This document shows, piece by piece, positions 10,183 to 23,694 of a stretch of DNA of 32,248 bases. The notes under the pieces were generated by a model that saw only the letters and a list, made by a program, of their open reading frames with translations, was not told the DNA's origin and ran no database searches. Each line of letters begins with the position of its first letter. Position 1 is the stretch's first letter. Made by a program: the position numbers and the translations under genes. Origin of the DNA: Octopus sinensis (Eukaryota); NCBI RefSeq assembly GCF_006345805.1, contig NW_021829598.1:1-32248 (forward strand), written 5' to 3'.

Positions 10183-10722
10183 TATTATCGAAAAGTCTAC
10201 ACGTGATGTCAGAAAAAGATATGTAGGGAAATTGTCGCGCCCAAGATTACTGTCCGGGACGCAGTACACCCGACCATTTAGACGTTCAAAGACAGATCTT
10301 CCAGCAAACATTGAAATATTTCTAAGGTTTATACGCTGTAAACCACGAAAATGCACACGATCACGTGCCCTGGGGCATGTTGCGGATGGTTTACCAGGAA
10401 GGTGAGTTTAATGGGCAAATACTGGTTGCCATAAAGTACTTATATGGATGTTCAAATGATTGTATTTATGTAAAAGTCGAAAGTTTTCAACGTGAAGGTT
10501 TCCCTTAGTTGAAGTGTGCATTGTTAGTGCCCCTTCTCACATTCTTTTTGTGATCTGGTTGAATATGCGCAGCCATTGTGGTAGAGGATTCCTAATTCAT
10601 CTCTACGTGATCGGTCGACTGTTATTTGTAGACGACATGCTGCTACCTGATTCGTTTGATGGTCACCAACAACGTGCACTGAATGGGTTGGCTGCCGAGT
10701 ACCCCAAGGCAGGATTGACAAA
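10183..10722 (+). mobile_element. RTE-clade LINE reverse-transcriptase fragment (decayed), copy A
   Basis: KVYT*CQKKICREIVAPK, PGRSTPDH, AHDHVPWG, ILVAIKYLYGCS, ILFVIWLN, RLLFVDDMLL..QRALNGLAA..KAGL match RT subdomains (GKVY..CREI.EPKL, PGRST.D, KAYDRVP, LLFADD). Confidence 0.8.
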
Positions 10723-10989
10723 TACGCACTGTGTAGGAAAGTGGAACATCAATATTGCGGGTCTCTATTCACGAATGATTCAAAGTTGGTGAAATTATAA
10801 ATCATTAGTTAAGGAGATACGGGTAAAAGACTTTAGCTATAAAAATATTTCTTACTTGGTGTGTCATCAGGTTTATCGTCGAGAGATTTCTTGGAGATGA
10901 AACGGTTCTGTGAAAAAATAGAAATAGCATCATATAAATAGAACTTCAGGGTATTTATAATCGTTTAGAACTTAAAACAATGCAATAGA

Positions 10990-11382
10990 TGACAACATAT
11001 TCGGACAGGTATCATTGCCAACACTACCATCTCAACCCCTTAGAAATCTTCTAGAAGGCGCTTCAATCCAGTCAAAGGATTTTCTGAACAATATCAGACA
11101 ATACAACTCTGCATTTCAAATGACATCTTTTGGTGAATCTAAGAAGATAGATAAACATGAATTTACCCCGACGTCAAAGTTCAAGGGCAAGTCTATCCCA
11201 TCATTGGTTCCCTGGTACACGCGAATGAACAACCACAGTTCCTCCAAATTTACTCTATGAGTGATGTAGGACAAGAAACTCGACGTGAGGTGTCAAAATT
11301 TCCGATGATGGGTCGTGTTAGACACAGCGCACACTGCTGCAAAGGAGAGTATATCCCCAGCAATGCCGGGTATGTCTGCTAG
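10990..11382 (+). mobile_element. Helitron remnant with intact 3' terminus, copy A (5' end not located)
   Basis: SKDFLNNIRQYNSAFQMTSFG..FTPT/KVQGQVY.IIGSL..PQFLQIY is the Helitron RepHel N-terminal signature. Hairpin cccagca-a-tgccggg (11356-11370) lies 8 nt before CTAG (11379-11382), which is followed by T. Confidence 0.88.
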
Positions 11383-11441
11383 TACACACACACACATACA
11401 CACACACACACACATATGTATATACACATAGATATTTCTAC

Positions 11442-11504
<63 letters not shown>

Positions 11505-12780
11505 ATATATAGTTAAATTTAATCCAAACAAAAAAGCACAAAGAAGCACATCAACGCGTGGACGTGGAACAAACATAGTATTATTGGACGCCCAGGAAAG
11601 AAAGAAAGAAGGAGGGTTTAACGTTTCGGGTGAAGCTCTTCGTCGGAAACATACGAGATGGAATGATCCAGAGGAGGGAAGACAGGGGAAAAAAATCGCC
11701 AAAGGTACACACGCACACACATTTTGAATGACCGGAAGGAAATGGGTGATGAAAAGTCCTTTCAAAGACAGGAGAGTGGTAGAGGAGGAGGAATGTGTGT
11801 GTAAGTGTGGATAAGAGCGTGTGCGGAGGTCTGCGTGTGCGTGTGTGTGTCAGTGTGTATGTGTGCAATAATAACACGTGTGTGTGTATGTGTGTGTGTA
11901 TGTGTGTGTGGTTGTGGCTGTTAAACTTTGCGTGTTGTAGGGTTAGTAGTGTTAAGGTCAAGGAAGAAGGAATTGGGCGTGGCTCCTTTTGTCTCTACCA
12001 CAGGTCAAGTTGTAGGTACTGCTAGTTTGAAGCATGTGTGTGTGTGCGTGTATGTATATGTATCGTGTGTGTGTATTGTTTGTAGTGTGTGTGCATGTGT
12101 GTGTGTTCGTGTGTGTAGGCGTAGAGTTAGGGTGTTTGGCGAATAACAGTGCTTTACAGAGTGTATGTGTGCGTGTGTGTGTATGTGTGTACATGTATGC
12201 ATAATTGTGCGCGTGTATGTATTATTGTGTACCGTGTGTATGGGACGTATGTGTGGGTTCATTTGCGTGTGTGTGTATTATGTGCGTGCGTCTCGTATGT
12301 GCGTGAGTGCATGTACGTGTAGGTTTGTATGTGTGTGTGTAAGCGTATATGGGTGTATATGCGTGTATCCGTGGGGTTGTGAGTTTTCTGGGTGTGCATT
12401 AATGTGCGTGTGTACGTGCGTATGTGTGCGCATGTTTTTGCGTGCGTGTGTGTGTGTGTCTCTGTCTATATGTGTATACGGATGTGTATGTGTGTGCGTG
12501 TAGGCATATATTGTGTATGTATATGTATCGGTGTGTATCTGAATTTGTGCATGCGTGTGTGTTTGGGTTTTTCTGGAGTTGTGTGGGAGTAATGTGCGTG
12601 CGTGTGTGCGCTTAAGTACGTGTATGTGCGTGTGTGTCTCTGCACATGTGTGTATAAGTGTGTGCGTATCTGTATGAGTATTGTTCGTTAAAGGTATATG
12701 TGGACATCTGTGCTGGTGTGTGTGTATGTACGTGTGTATGTATGTGTGTGTGTATTGTGTGCGAAGGATGCATATATCTC

Positions 12781-13057
12781 CGTGATCACCGTCACAGACC
12801 AGTTGTTGCTACATATCGCTGGTCACAATGCGCTTCGCGTTGTTTTAGCCTTCAAACGACGCCACCCCGCTGGTTAAGCGAGCAGGCCAACAGAAGAAAG
12901 GGAGAAAGTTGTAGCGAAAGAGTACAGCAGAGATCAAGACCACCCACTCCCTGAGCCTCGTGGAGCATTAAACACTCACAACGCCCAGTCTGGGAATCGA
13001 AACCGCGATCCGACAACCATGAGTCCGCTGCCCGAACCACTGGGCCACTGCGCCTCC
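12781..13057 (-). mobile_element. tRNA-derived SINE, copy A
   Basis: Minus strand starts ggaggcgcagTGGCCCAGTGGttcgggcagcggactc...cgcGGTTTCGATTCCc (Pol III A and B boxes) followed by a ~200-nt body. Resembles an abundant octopus SINE, from memory. Confidence 0.82.
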
Positions 13058-13790
13058 ACCCACAGACACACACACACACACATCACACATATATAAATAC
13101 ATATCGATATATACGTATGCACGTATACTTAAGCATACGCACCATAAATATCACAAATATACGTATCTACTTATACGCATACACACACACAAACGCACAC
13201 ACACATATATGTGAGTGGACATACACTGTATAGTGTGATTCTTCGTGTACAATTGAGCACGTGTGTCTGTGTGCGTGCGTATGTGTGTGTGTTTGTGTTT
13301 ATTTGTGCGTGTGTTTGTCCGTGTGTCTGTGTGTATGTATTTACATTCGTTCTTACATATTGTCATATATAAAAACCAACGTGAATTACAGTCAAACATT
13401 ACGAAATTCACCGATCTACATTGGCACTCGCACGTTTTATTTTCAGTTGGAAAGAAAAGATTCAAAAAAACTCGCCTCACTTCTGTTCCCGATGGAGAGA
13501 AATAGATAAATGTGTGTAAATATGTACGTATTCCAATGTGTGCGTGTGGTGTGTTTGTATGTGTCTGTTTCTGTGCGTGTGCGCAAGTGTACATCTAGAT
13601 ATAATACTTAACACTAATATTAATAGGGCTAAACGTTACAGCGACAGGGCATGGCCATGCTAGAACCCCACCATTAGATTTTTTTCATTACGCACTTATT
13701 TCCCTCTCCAGGATTATGTCTGGTGAAAGAGCGATCGGACAGGAGTACAATTCCACCCTTCTTTGTGTTTCCTTGGGATGTGTGTATATG

Positions 13791-13835
<45 letters not shown>

Positions 13836-14065
13836 ATATATATATATATATTATATATATATATATATATATTATATATAGATAGATAGATAGATAGATG
13901 AGATAGAGAGATAGAGAGATAGATAGATTGATAGATAGATATGTATGTTCGTACATACGTAACTATATATGTTTGTATGTATATATGAAATATATATATA
14001 TATATAGATGTATGTGTGTGTGTGTGTAGCACACATAGTGTGTATGTATCTACGTTTTATGTATG

Positions 14066-14260
14066 TGTCTGTTATTGTCGCACCACTATCGATTTTCAAC
14101 TGATGTCGGTGTGTTTACATCCCCGTAACATAGCGGTTTGGCTAGAGATACCGATAGAATGAGCAATATGCTTACAAAAATAATTCCTGAAGTCGATTTG
14201 TCCTACAAAACGCAGTGCTCTAGCATGGCCGCAGTCAATTGACTGAAACGGGTAAAAGAA
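14066..14260 (+). mobile_element. 3' part of a second SINE family, copy A
   Basis: gtgtttacatccccgtaacatagcggtttggc...gatagaatgag...ctagcatggccgcagtcaattgactgaaacgggtaaaagaata matches my recollection of a very common octopus SINE tail. Embedded in microsatellites. Confidence 0.7.
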
Positions 14261-14739
14261 TATATTTATACACACACACACACACACACTCACACATACA
14301 TATATATATAGAGAGATAAATAGAGAAAGAGAGAGAGAGATAGACAGAGTGATACAGTGATAGATACACACACGCATATATTTGCTTGTATATATATATC
14401 TATATATGTTCACGCACTAATATATTCATATATATGTATATTTAGATATACATATATATGTATATTATATATACAAACATATGCATATGTATATATATGT
14501 ATGTTTAGTGTGTGTGCGCCTGTGTGTTCGTGTGTGATTACGTGTGTGATCTTATGTGTGTGTGTGTGCTCCATAGGAACATATGTACGTGATTCGTGCA
14601 TACATCCTTACATCCATCCATCCATCGGTACGTACATACATCCATATATTAATACATACATACGTAAATGCATACATACATACATGCATATATAAATACA
14701 TAAAGACATACATATATTAACACTAAATCCATGACTTAC

Positions 14740-14883
14740 CGTTTTCGATTTCTCTTCCATTTTTCCTATTCTTGAATCTTGATGAAGAATCACGATCGTC
14801 AGAACGAGAAGAACCCCAAAAGCTATGAGAGAAGAAATGGAATAACGCTGCGAAACATTCCTGGACAGTTGTCCGAAATCCAT
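14740..14883 (-). pseudogene. Duplicated exon 1 (signal anchor) with no intact downstream exons found
   Basis: MDFGQLSRNVSQRYSISSLIAFGVLLVLTIVILHQDSRIGKMEEKSKT then GTAAGT. Two amino-acid differences from 26792-26935. Confidence 0.6.
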
Positions 14884-15299
14884 TCTGGTGACAGTTGTCG
14901 GTCGTACGTGATACTTCGTGTGGCTTCAACAAAAGATCGAGATGCGAGGTTTAAGCTGAAGACCTGTAACTGAATTCCACGTATTTATTGAGCGCACGAC
15001 AACCCAGCTCTGGCATAGATCTTATCGTAAATTTATGAACCAATGCGATTGGTGGAACTGTAAAAGCGGGTGTGAACTTGTCTGACAGGTTTAATTATTG
15101 GAAAGAGATGGTTTGATATTGTCACACAATAATTAGCAAAATATTTTGATGAATGAGAGACACGTGTAAAGTGAAATGATTCCTGTTTCTGGATATATTA
15201 TGATATATATATGTACTAATGTTGTTATTTAATTTTATTTGTTATTATTGGGAAACTGTTTTAATATTCAGTGTGGGAAGTATTTCGTTCAACAGACGA

Positions 15300-15306
15300 A
15301 TACACA

Positions 15307-15350
<44 letters not shown>

Positions 15351-15588
15351 CGCAGACACACACTCACACACACACACACACACAAACACACACTCACACA
15401 CATACACACGTACACTCTTACATACACACACACACACTGACATACACACAAACACACTGTCACACACACACTGACACACACACACACAAATACACACGCA
15501 CATACACTGACACACAAACACACACTGACGCACCACACACACACTGACATACATACACACACACACTGATATACACATACACACACTG

Positions 15589-15631
<43 letters not shown>

Positions 15632-16078
15632 CATACACACACACTGTCACACATACACACGCACACACTGAAATACATACACACACACACAGACACTGAC
15701 ACACATACACACACACACACTGACATACACACACACTGACATACACACACACTGACATACACATACAATCACACACACTGACACTCAAACACACACAAAC
15801 ACTGACATAAACACACACACACACAAACATTGACACACACACTCACACACACTGACACATACACAATGAGTCACACACACTGATACACACACATTGACAC
15901 ACACACACACACACACTGACACACACACACATACACACACACACTGATACTGACACACACATCCTGCCACTCACACTGACACACACACACACACACACAC
16001 TGACACACACGCTGACACACACACACACTGACACACACTGATTGACACACACACACCACACACACACACTCACTGACA

Positions 16079-16114
<36 letters not shown>

Positions 16115-16125
16115 ACACACACAAA
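15300..16125. repeat. (CA)n tract punctuated by CTGA
   Basis: Directly visible acacacactgac pattern. Confidence 0.95.
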
Positions 16126-17781
16126 TATGCGGGAAAATGCGGGCCCGTACGAGCGACCACAGTTACTGTTGGGGCACAAGGTTGAAGTCAACTCCTCTAG
16201 CGAAGTATGTATCAAAGAGAAATACCGAAGGTAGGTAACTCACGACAGACTCCAGCCTGGCGCTCTAATGGCGTCACTTACTCGTTGTTGTTGACTATGT
16301 TTAAGTTAAAGCTATGGCTTTAAGTTTGTCCAGATATTCCCCTCTTCGGTATTTTCTTTTGGTAACGACTGAACTGGAACCCGATAGGGAGCAGCACTCG
16401 ACTGATATGCTGTTTTTGCACCATCCTGCATTGAATTTGCGTTTAGAGTTTGAAATATGCCATTAGCACATTTTAACGAACCCAAAAATTGCTTATGCCT
16501 AATACTGAGCGCTAATACTGTTCACTGGAAACGCCATGTTGAATGTTTCCATTTATTCATTTGTCAATTTGCATTTCGTGCGTTCATATTACTTAATTAT
16601 TATTCTTTTTCTCTAGCTTTTTCACAATCGAGCATTCTTATGGCACGCAATTAATCGGACAAAAAACGTGCTGCCACCCACAGATCCCTCTTTCCACGGA
16701 TACCTTCGTTTATCTGGCAGCCATTCTACAAACTCCCACATACAAGGAGCAATCATGCTGGGTATAGTGTGAAATACTCAACAGGTTGCACTGATTCCAC
16801 CTAATGTATATTTTATAAGTGGTGTTCCTTTCCTTACTAAGTCGTTTATGTGTGTTACAGTTATTGTATGCATGTATCTCGAAGCAAGTTCCTCTTCTGC
16901 GAGTTTGATAGTTTTATGTTACAGACGGAGATAATTTGTTGAACTTGATGTTTTGTGGTGTTGCTGTAGATTCGGTTGATGCTGTTCCTGAAGTCTACTC
17001 ATATTTCTTGGTGGTTTCATATTTTATTTTGGCACATTAGTTTTCAGGGAACGATAAGAAGCTGTGTGTGTGTGATTTTTGTAGAAAAGCGGGAATATGT
17101 GAATGTAGGTTGAAAGTAGTTCATCGTGGGACGTGTACTTGTACCCTTGTCGAAAGAGTTTCGTGAAAACTTCAATGTGTTAGTAACCTGACAATTAGTT
17201 AGGTAGTCAACATTTTGTGGTATTTCTTCAGTGGATATCAAATATCCTTTATTAGTTAATATCCGCGATTGGATTGCAGAGCTTTCATCGCATCGATTGT
17301 AGTTACAATGATACGTTTGGGAGTATTTTTTTTATTAAACCATCATGATTTAGTGATGTTAGTTATAAGCTTTCATCGTGTTTTCTGAAGATTGATCATG
17401 AAAGGGTGATATATTTGTACGGAGGTGCTTCCTTTGGGGATTGTTTTCATTTTAAGACGGAATACAACACACATTTAAACGAATCATCATTTTATTTCAA
17501 AATTTAAATTTGATAAACTAAACCTCATAAAATGTATTCTAGAATCATTCCCCGAGGATTACATCGTTCTCTTAAACTATTTGTCACATTCTATGACGTC
17601 TCTGTTGTTTCGTTTTGAATATTTTCTGAAAACTTGTAGCAGCAATTTATTTAACGACATATATTAGTTGGATAACATATTGCGAAACACAATTACAAGA
17701 AACGTATATGTTGCTTTATTATATTATATTTTATGATTCGCCGACATAAATTTTCATATAGAAACGAATGTAAATTTCTAT

Positions 17782-18281
17782 TCAATATTTACTGCACACA
17801 ACGCAGGTTAATTCTCGACCATCGACATACGGTGGACATGGCAATGAACCACACCTAGCCTGAACGAAATATAATAGAGCTCCATTATCGTTCCTGTAAC
17901 CAGCTGGATCAGCTTCTGGTGCATAGTCCACACACACATATTCAAGTCTGCCCTCATGTGTATGACGTTCGGACATCAAATATCCTGAATACTCAGCTGT
18001 CCAACCAGCGTAACACTGTGTCCTGGCTGGTAACATCATAACAACAGCAGGTTGTCGTGTCAAACAGACAGCGCACGGAACGTTGTGATCATTAATTGAT
18101 TCAGCGTTAGCAAAAGAGAAGAGTTTATTTGTTGGGTAAAAATCTAATTGATATTCACTGCCATAAATGTAACCACTTTTTTCAACTTCTGTCGTATAAT
18201 TGGCCCAAATGGGATCGTTGGGTAGACACAAGAGATTACTTCCGCCACCTGTCTGCTGGTACCATTGTCCACCAGCTACAC
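17782..18281 (-). CDS. Terminal exon of a short-chain collagen C4-like (Cys-rich C-terminal domain) protein
   Basis: Open frame GVAGGQWYQQTGGGSNLLCLPNDP...IYGSEY...DHNVPCAVC...MLPARTQCYAGWTAEYSGYLMSE...EYVCVD..PE...NGALLYFVQARCGSLPCPPYVDGRELTCVVCSKY*, the characteristic pattern of this family. AG acceptor at 18283-18282, phase 1. AATAAA downstream (e.g. 17496-17491). Confidence 0.92.
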
Positions 18282-18464
18282 CTTGAATTAGTAAGAATAA
18301 ATCAAATAAAAAATTATTAAGCAAAATTATATATGAAATAACGGAAACATTCATTACAATTTTTCACTTAAAAGAAGTCATGTTTATTCACGTGTGAACG
18401 AATTGTGGTGTATATGTGAGTGTAAGCTGTGTGTTGCTGAATCGTAACTGTACATTTACCTTCT

Positions 18465-18478
18465 CATATATATATATT

Positions 18479-18567
<89 letters not shown>

Positions 18568-18580
18568 ATGTATGTATATA
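18465..18580. repeat. (AT)n microsatellite
   Basis: Directly visible. Confidence 0.95.
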
Positions 18581-20075
18581 TATCGTAATAAGCAACGAGG
18601 ATATCCAGAGATAATGCGGCACGATTGTTTCATGCAACTCCATTTATATATATATATGTTTTGTGTATACGGGTAAGTATTTGTAGTTACGACGTGGATT
18701 ATTATGTATGTTTACATGGGGTAGGTGTTTTTCGGTTGATGTGAATAGATGGAGGAAAAGAAAGATATTTTATAACGCATGCACTCGTGTTTATCGGAAA
18801 TGGAAAAGATGTTTTCGTGTGAACGGGGATATTTTGGGTGGTGGAAATTGTTGGTGGCTAGAATAGGACAATACGGGAGACGACGAGATTCAGAGAAGTT
18901 GTGGGTAACCGTCGATGAAATGTTGTTTAGTCGATCATAGTCAGTGGCTAAACCTCTCGTTTAGACTCGGACGAATCAGGCTTACAAAGACGTTATGATC
19001 ACACAGACTTTTTGTCATGCAATACACAGAAACGAGGTGGGAGGAAAAATTGGGAGGTTCAGTGATGGCGTAGTGCTTAAGATGAATGGACGACGGAGTA
19101 GGCGACCGATAAAGGATACGTGTAGGGTTTATAGAGAGTAGATTCAGAGCATTTTTAGGGATTGTGAGGTTGATTGTGGAAGCCGTTGGAAGCAGCCGTT
19201 TTGAATTGGAAGTCACGGAATTACCATACAAAGATATACTGGATAATTAATGAGGTGATGTGGTGCATGAAAAGAGCAAGGTTTCAGCGATAGGACGATT
19301 TCGGTCAGCCGGAGAAGAATAGAAGTGCATTCTGTACTCTGTTGTGTTCTCTCACTAATATTTAGTCTCTCTCTATTTTACTTAATGAATAAATTCCTTA
19401 ACTTTTTCCATCAGTTACAGTGTGTGGCTTGTCCAGTCCTCATTCTACATTGTGCTTTCATATCATTAATCGTTTACAGTCACTGTCATCAATTCTAAGA
19501 GATTCTATTCAATTTAGTCCACACCTACGATCATTGGGCACTCTACTTAATGATAGTCAAGTGGCCACTATTCAGCTCTGGTCACTCACGTACAATACCA
19601 CCATCCGTAGCCAGTACAATTGATCACCAATTAGCAGCCTCGGCATTTGATATCTACAATCCAAAGCTGGTCAGCCTGAAATTCTTGATCGCCATGGTGG
19701 TTTTCAGTCCAGCCCATGCCCGTAAATTAAAGTAGAGATATCTATATTCTGTCGTTAGACAACATCCTTTTCACTTGTTCCGTAGTAGACAACATATAAT
19801 ATTCTGATTTGACCAAATACCTACAAAGGAGTAAGCAGTCTTGTGTAGTGTCTGTATAGTCTACAGTTATAGACGTTTGAAACGTGACATACCATAAGAG
19901 GATTTGAGAATGTTTATGTCAAACAACCCCACAAAATGTGAGTGTGTGTGCGTGTGCGTGAGAGAGAGGGTGAGAGAGAAAGAGAGGTAACAAAAAGAGA
20001 GAATGAGAGGTATAAAAAGAGAAAAAGAGAAGGACAAAAAGAGAATGAGGGGTCAGAAATATAAAGTATACTAAC

Positions 20076-20150
20076 CGTCATATACAAGTTTTGAATAAGG
20101 AGGACATGTTGTTCTGCCCCACCGGGTATACAATGATCCGAGACCGGGTT
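20076..20150 (-). CDS. Penultimate exon (75 nt, phase 1/1) of the C4-like gene
   Basis: tttcgcAG|aa ccc ggt...tat gac g|GTtag encodes xPGLGSLYTRWGRTTCPPYSKLVYD(G). YTRWGR..CP...LVY.G is the start of this domain and splices in frame to 18281. Missed by the ORF track. Confidence 0.9.
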
Positions 20151-21674
20151 CTGCGAAATTAAAATGAAATAATGTAGTTTAAAAGAAAGAATTGGGGGAT
20201 CATTTACAAAGTAGATTGTTGGATGGGAAGGAATTGATGGAGAAGAGAGAAATATAGAAGTTTAGAAAGAACGAGTGAATGAATGAAAGTCAGAACGAAA
20301 GATGTAAATAATAAGAATAAATTGTAAAGAAAGAAAAAAGACATTTGTCTGTTGAGCCTGTTGGTGACGTTGATGTCAAAGATTTGAGAGATTAATCTCA
20401 GAATATCAGAATGTGTATCGGTCTCCGCTAGGAACGGATGTATGTATGATACGTAAACTTGGGTATGAGTATATATACTTCTCAATAGAATAATGATAAA
20501 AGGCAATAGAATTATGATAAAATATTCGCCAGGTGCGAATATTCATCAGTCAATTACAAATATCAGTTTGGAGCTCGGCGCAAATAAGGCCATCATAACT
20601 ACAATATGAAAATAACAACCATACCGCATCATTTGTCGATTTAGTTAAAAGACATCGCATCCGGATCTCGAGTAGAGGAGTCCGTTCGATAAATGTATAG
20701 CACACCCCACCCAATGCCAGTGTAACTAGCAGAAGTCTGCAACTTAATCTGGGGTGCGTGGGGTGGGAGCACAAAATTGACGGTCTCAGGAAACCAAAGC
20801 AGATCAAGAAGGGAACAACCTTTAATAATTGAAAATTAAAACGTCAAAATTGTTAGATATAATCTGCCTGTAAGATATAATCGGTGTCTCCTCTACAAAA
20901 TTTCCTTTCTCCGATAGCGTACACTTGGATATAGGCTTGAAACTCCACTACGCAACTGTGGTGCCAACAATGTCTGCACAGGTGGGATTAGGATACTCTC
21001 AATCCCCAGCTTTCGGATTGTATTATGGAGTGAAACCTACTAGGTGTGAGGGTTCACCTCTTGAAACTAAGGCTGAATATAAAGGACAACTGTGGCTGCT
21101 GTAAGGATATGCAGCAAACAGCGAGGTCAAATACAAATCCTTCCTAAGCCAATTCACCCCATCTTTAGAAATATTTGGGGTAAAGTCATTTGTCCTGCAA
21201 GGAGACTGCAGTGCACACCTTGGCACTGATAACCGTGAGAAGGATTGATTGGAAGGAATGTCGTCAGTGAACTTAATGGAGAGGTCATAGCAGCCTTCTG
21301 TGCAGGATACACACTCTCCTCTCTATGGTATAGATATTATTTTAAGGCAGGGATATTTATAAGGGTCCCTGGTATAGAAATACTTGGTGACAGACGTTTT
21401 TGATAGTGTTCGGTCATCTTTCACTCTTTGCTGAACGTTCGGGTAAAAGGAGGGGTGGAGTTGTCAACTCGTCACTACCTAAATGTCTAAAAATCTGAAA
21501 ATTCCTACGGTCTGCTGAACACTGGAAATTGGTAAGTCCAGTGCGACCTACAGAATACAGTTGGAAGCCGCAGATATAAAATTGTGGAGACTTTTGCATC
21601 CAAATTGTGAGTGACCCGCCTGAATGAACTTGGACATCGAAATGGATTCGTGATTGTATTATTATTTTCGTCAG

Positions 21675-22430
21675 GTTCTTCTGCGGTTGAACGCTTATTT
21701 GAGCTAAACTCACTTAAAAGTGATAAAGCAGCTGGTGAAATGCACGTTCGGCTTGATATTTTAGTAACCTTGAATACAGATGGTAATCTGTGAGTGACCC
21801 ATGTACGCTAGGTTGATGGGACCTCTTCAAAAAACATCAAGGCAATGGTAATATGGTGTGATAATCACAATTTTTCAAACAGAGACCAAGTAGCGTGTTC
21901 TAATTATAGAAAAGCCTACACTAGATGACAGGAAAAGATATTTAGGGAAATTGTCGCGCCCAAGATTACTGTCCAGGACGCACTACACCCGACCACATAG
22001 TCGTTCAAAGACAGATCTTCAAGAAATCGTTGAAGCATTTCCAAGATTTATTCGCTGTAAACCACGAAAATGCACACGATCACGTGCCCTGGGGCATGTT
22101 ACGGATGGTTTACCAGGAAGGTGATTTTAATGGTTGCCATAAAGTACTTATATGGATGTTCAAATGATTGTATTTATGTAAAAGTCGAAAGTTTTCAACG
22201 AGAAGGTTTCACTTTGTTGAAGTGTGCATTGTTAGTGCCCCTTATCACATTCTTTTTGTGATCTGTTTGAATATGCGCAGCCATTGTGGTAGAGGTATCC
22301 CAATCCATCTCTACGTGATCGGTCGACTGTTATTTGTAGACGACATGCTGCTACCTGATTCGTCTGATGGTCACTAACAACGTGCATTGAATTGGTTGGC
22401 TGCCGAGTACCCAAAGGCAGGATTGACAAA
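21675..22430 (+). mobile_element. RTE-clade LINE RT fragment (decayed), copy B, longer
   Basis: SLKSDKAAG..VRLDIL..LN, GVIITIF..DQVACSNYR (cf. LK.GKAAG.D.I.PEMLK, GVIIPI.KKGD...C.NYR), followed by the same motifs as 10183-10722. Confidence 0.82.
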
Positions 22431-22959
22431 TACGCACTGTGTAGGAAAGTGGAACATCATTATTTCGGGTCTCTATTCACGAACGATTGGAAGCACAAGA
22501 GTGGACAGAATGCTGAATTGTAGATATAAACGCAGTGAAGCGCCAGCTCGGGCATTTGATTCTCAGATGAAGAGTTCTTGGTACAATTATCGACGTAGCA
22601 CTGCATATATACTCATAAACACACAATAAATGGCATAGTATATAAAAGCATTATATTCAGGAAATTATTGTAAAGTACAATATAGTTTGAAATAAATTCA
22701 GGCAAGTGTCTTAGTATATATTATTGTGGACATATGGATAGTAATGTGGAACTAATTCAAAGTTGGTGAAATTATAAACCATTAGTTAATGAGACACGGG
22801 TAAAAGACTTTAGCCATAAAATTAGTACTTACTTGGTGTGTCATCAGGTTTATCGTCGAGAGATTTCTTGGAGATGAATCGGTTCTGTGAAAAAATAGAA
22901 ATAGCATCATATAAATAGAACTTCAGGGTATTTAGTATCGTTTAGAACTTAAAACAATG

Positions 22960-23573
22960 CAACATATTTGGACAGGTATCATTGCCAACACTACCATCTC
23001 AACCCCTTAGTAATCTTCTAGAAGGCGCTTCCATCCAGTCAAAGGATTTTCTGAACAATATCAGACAATAAAAATCTGAATTTCAAATGACATCCTTTGG
23101 TGAATCTAAGAAGATAGATAAACAAGAATTTACGCCGACGTCAAAGTTCAAGGGCAAGTCTATCCCCTCATTGGTTCTCTGGTACCCGCGAATGAACAAC
23201 CAAAGTTCCTCCAAATTTACTCTATGAGAGATGTAGGACAACAAACCCGACGTGAGGTGTCAAAATTTCCGATGATGGGTCGTGCTAGACACAGCGCACA
23301 CTGCTGCAAAGGAGAGTATATCCACTGACAGCTTTTCGGTGCGTTCAAAAATCACACAAACCCCACCTCCAATTTTGAATGACATGTTAGGGCCTGAAAC
23401 TCTCCAAACGGACGCAGAGCATGTTGCTTAGTCGAATTAGCCCAGCATTTACTCTACAAATGTTTTGTTGTCAATGTTCCACATTCCCATATCACCTGTT
23501 TCAAAATGAGTGGAATATATTATATACCAGCTTTGCCATTGTAGTCCCCAGCAATGCCGGGTATTTCTGCTAG
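22960..23573 (+). mobile_element. Helitron remnant with intact 3' terminus, copy B
   Basis: Same RepHel fragment, with an in-frame TAA in IRQ*KS. Hairpin at 23547-23561 and CTAG at 23570-23573 followed by T. Confidence 0.88.
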
Positions 23574-23644
23574 TAAACACACACACACACACACACACAC
23601 ATACACATATACACACACATATTTCTACATATATATATATATCT

Positions 23645-23694
<50 letters not shown>

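Larger units (their letters stand above)
10183..16125 (+). repeat. Segmental duplication, copy A (derived)
   Basis: Collinear with 21902-~27830 (offset ~11.7 kb at the left edge, ~12.05 kb at exon 1). Unique stretches are roughly 90-95% identical by eye; microsatellite lengths differ. Confidence 0.93.

Noticed and set aside
12985-13057. tRNA gene (also ~24920-24990)
   Set aside because: A and B boxes are present but continue into a SINE body; no clean acceptor stem.
9515-16215. His/Thr/Tyr/Ile- and Cys/Val-rich ORFs (also 23449-28821)
   Set aside because: They are translations of CA, TA and TACA microsatellites.
16700-19320. Possible Penelope N-terminal remnants on the minus strand (~16700-17450, ~18700-19320)
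   Set aside because: Only composition and short TIPK-like words; no diagnostic RT or endonuclease motif recovered.
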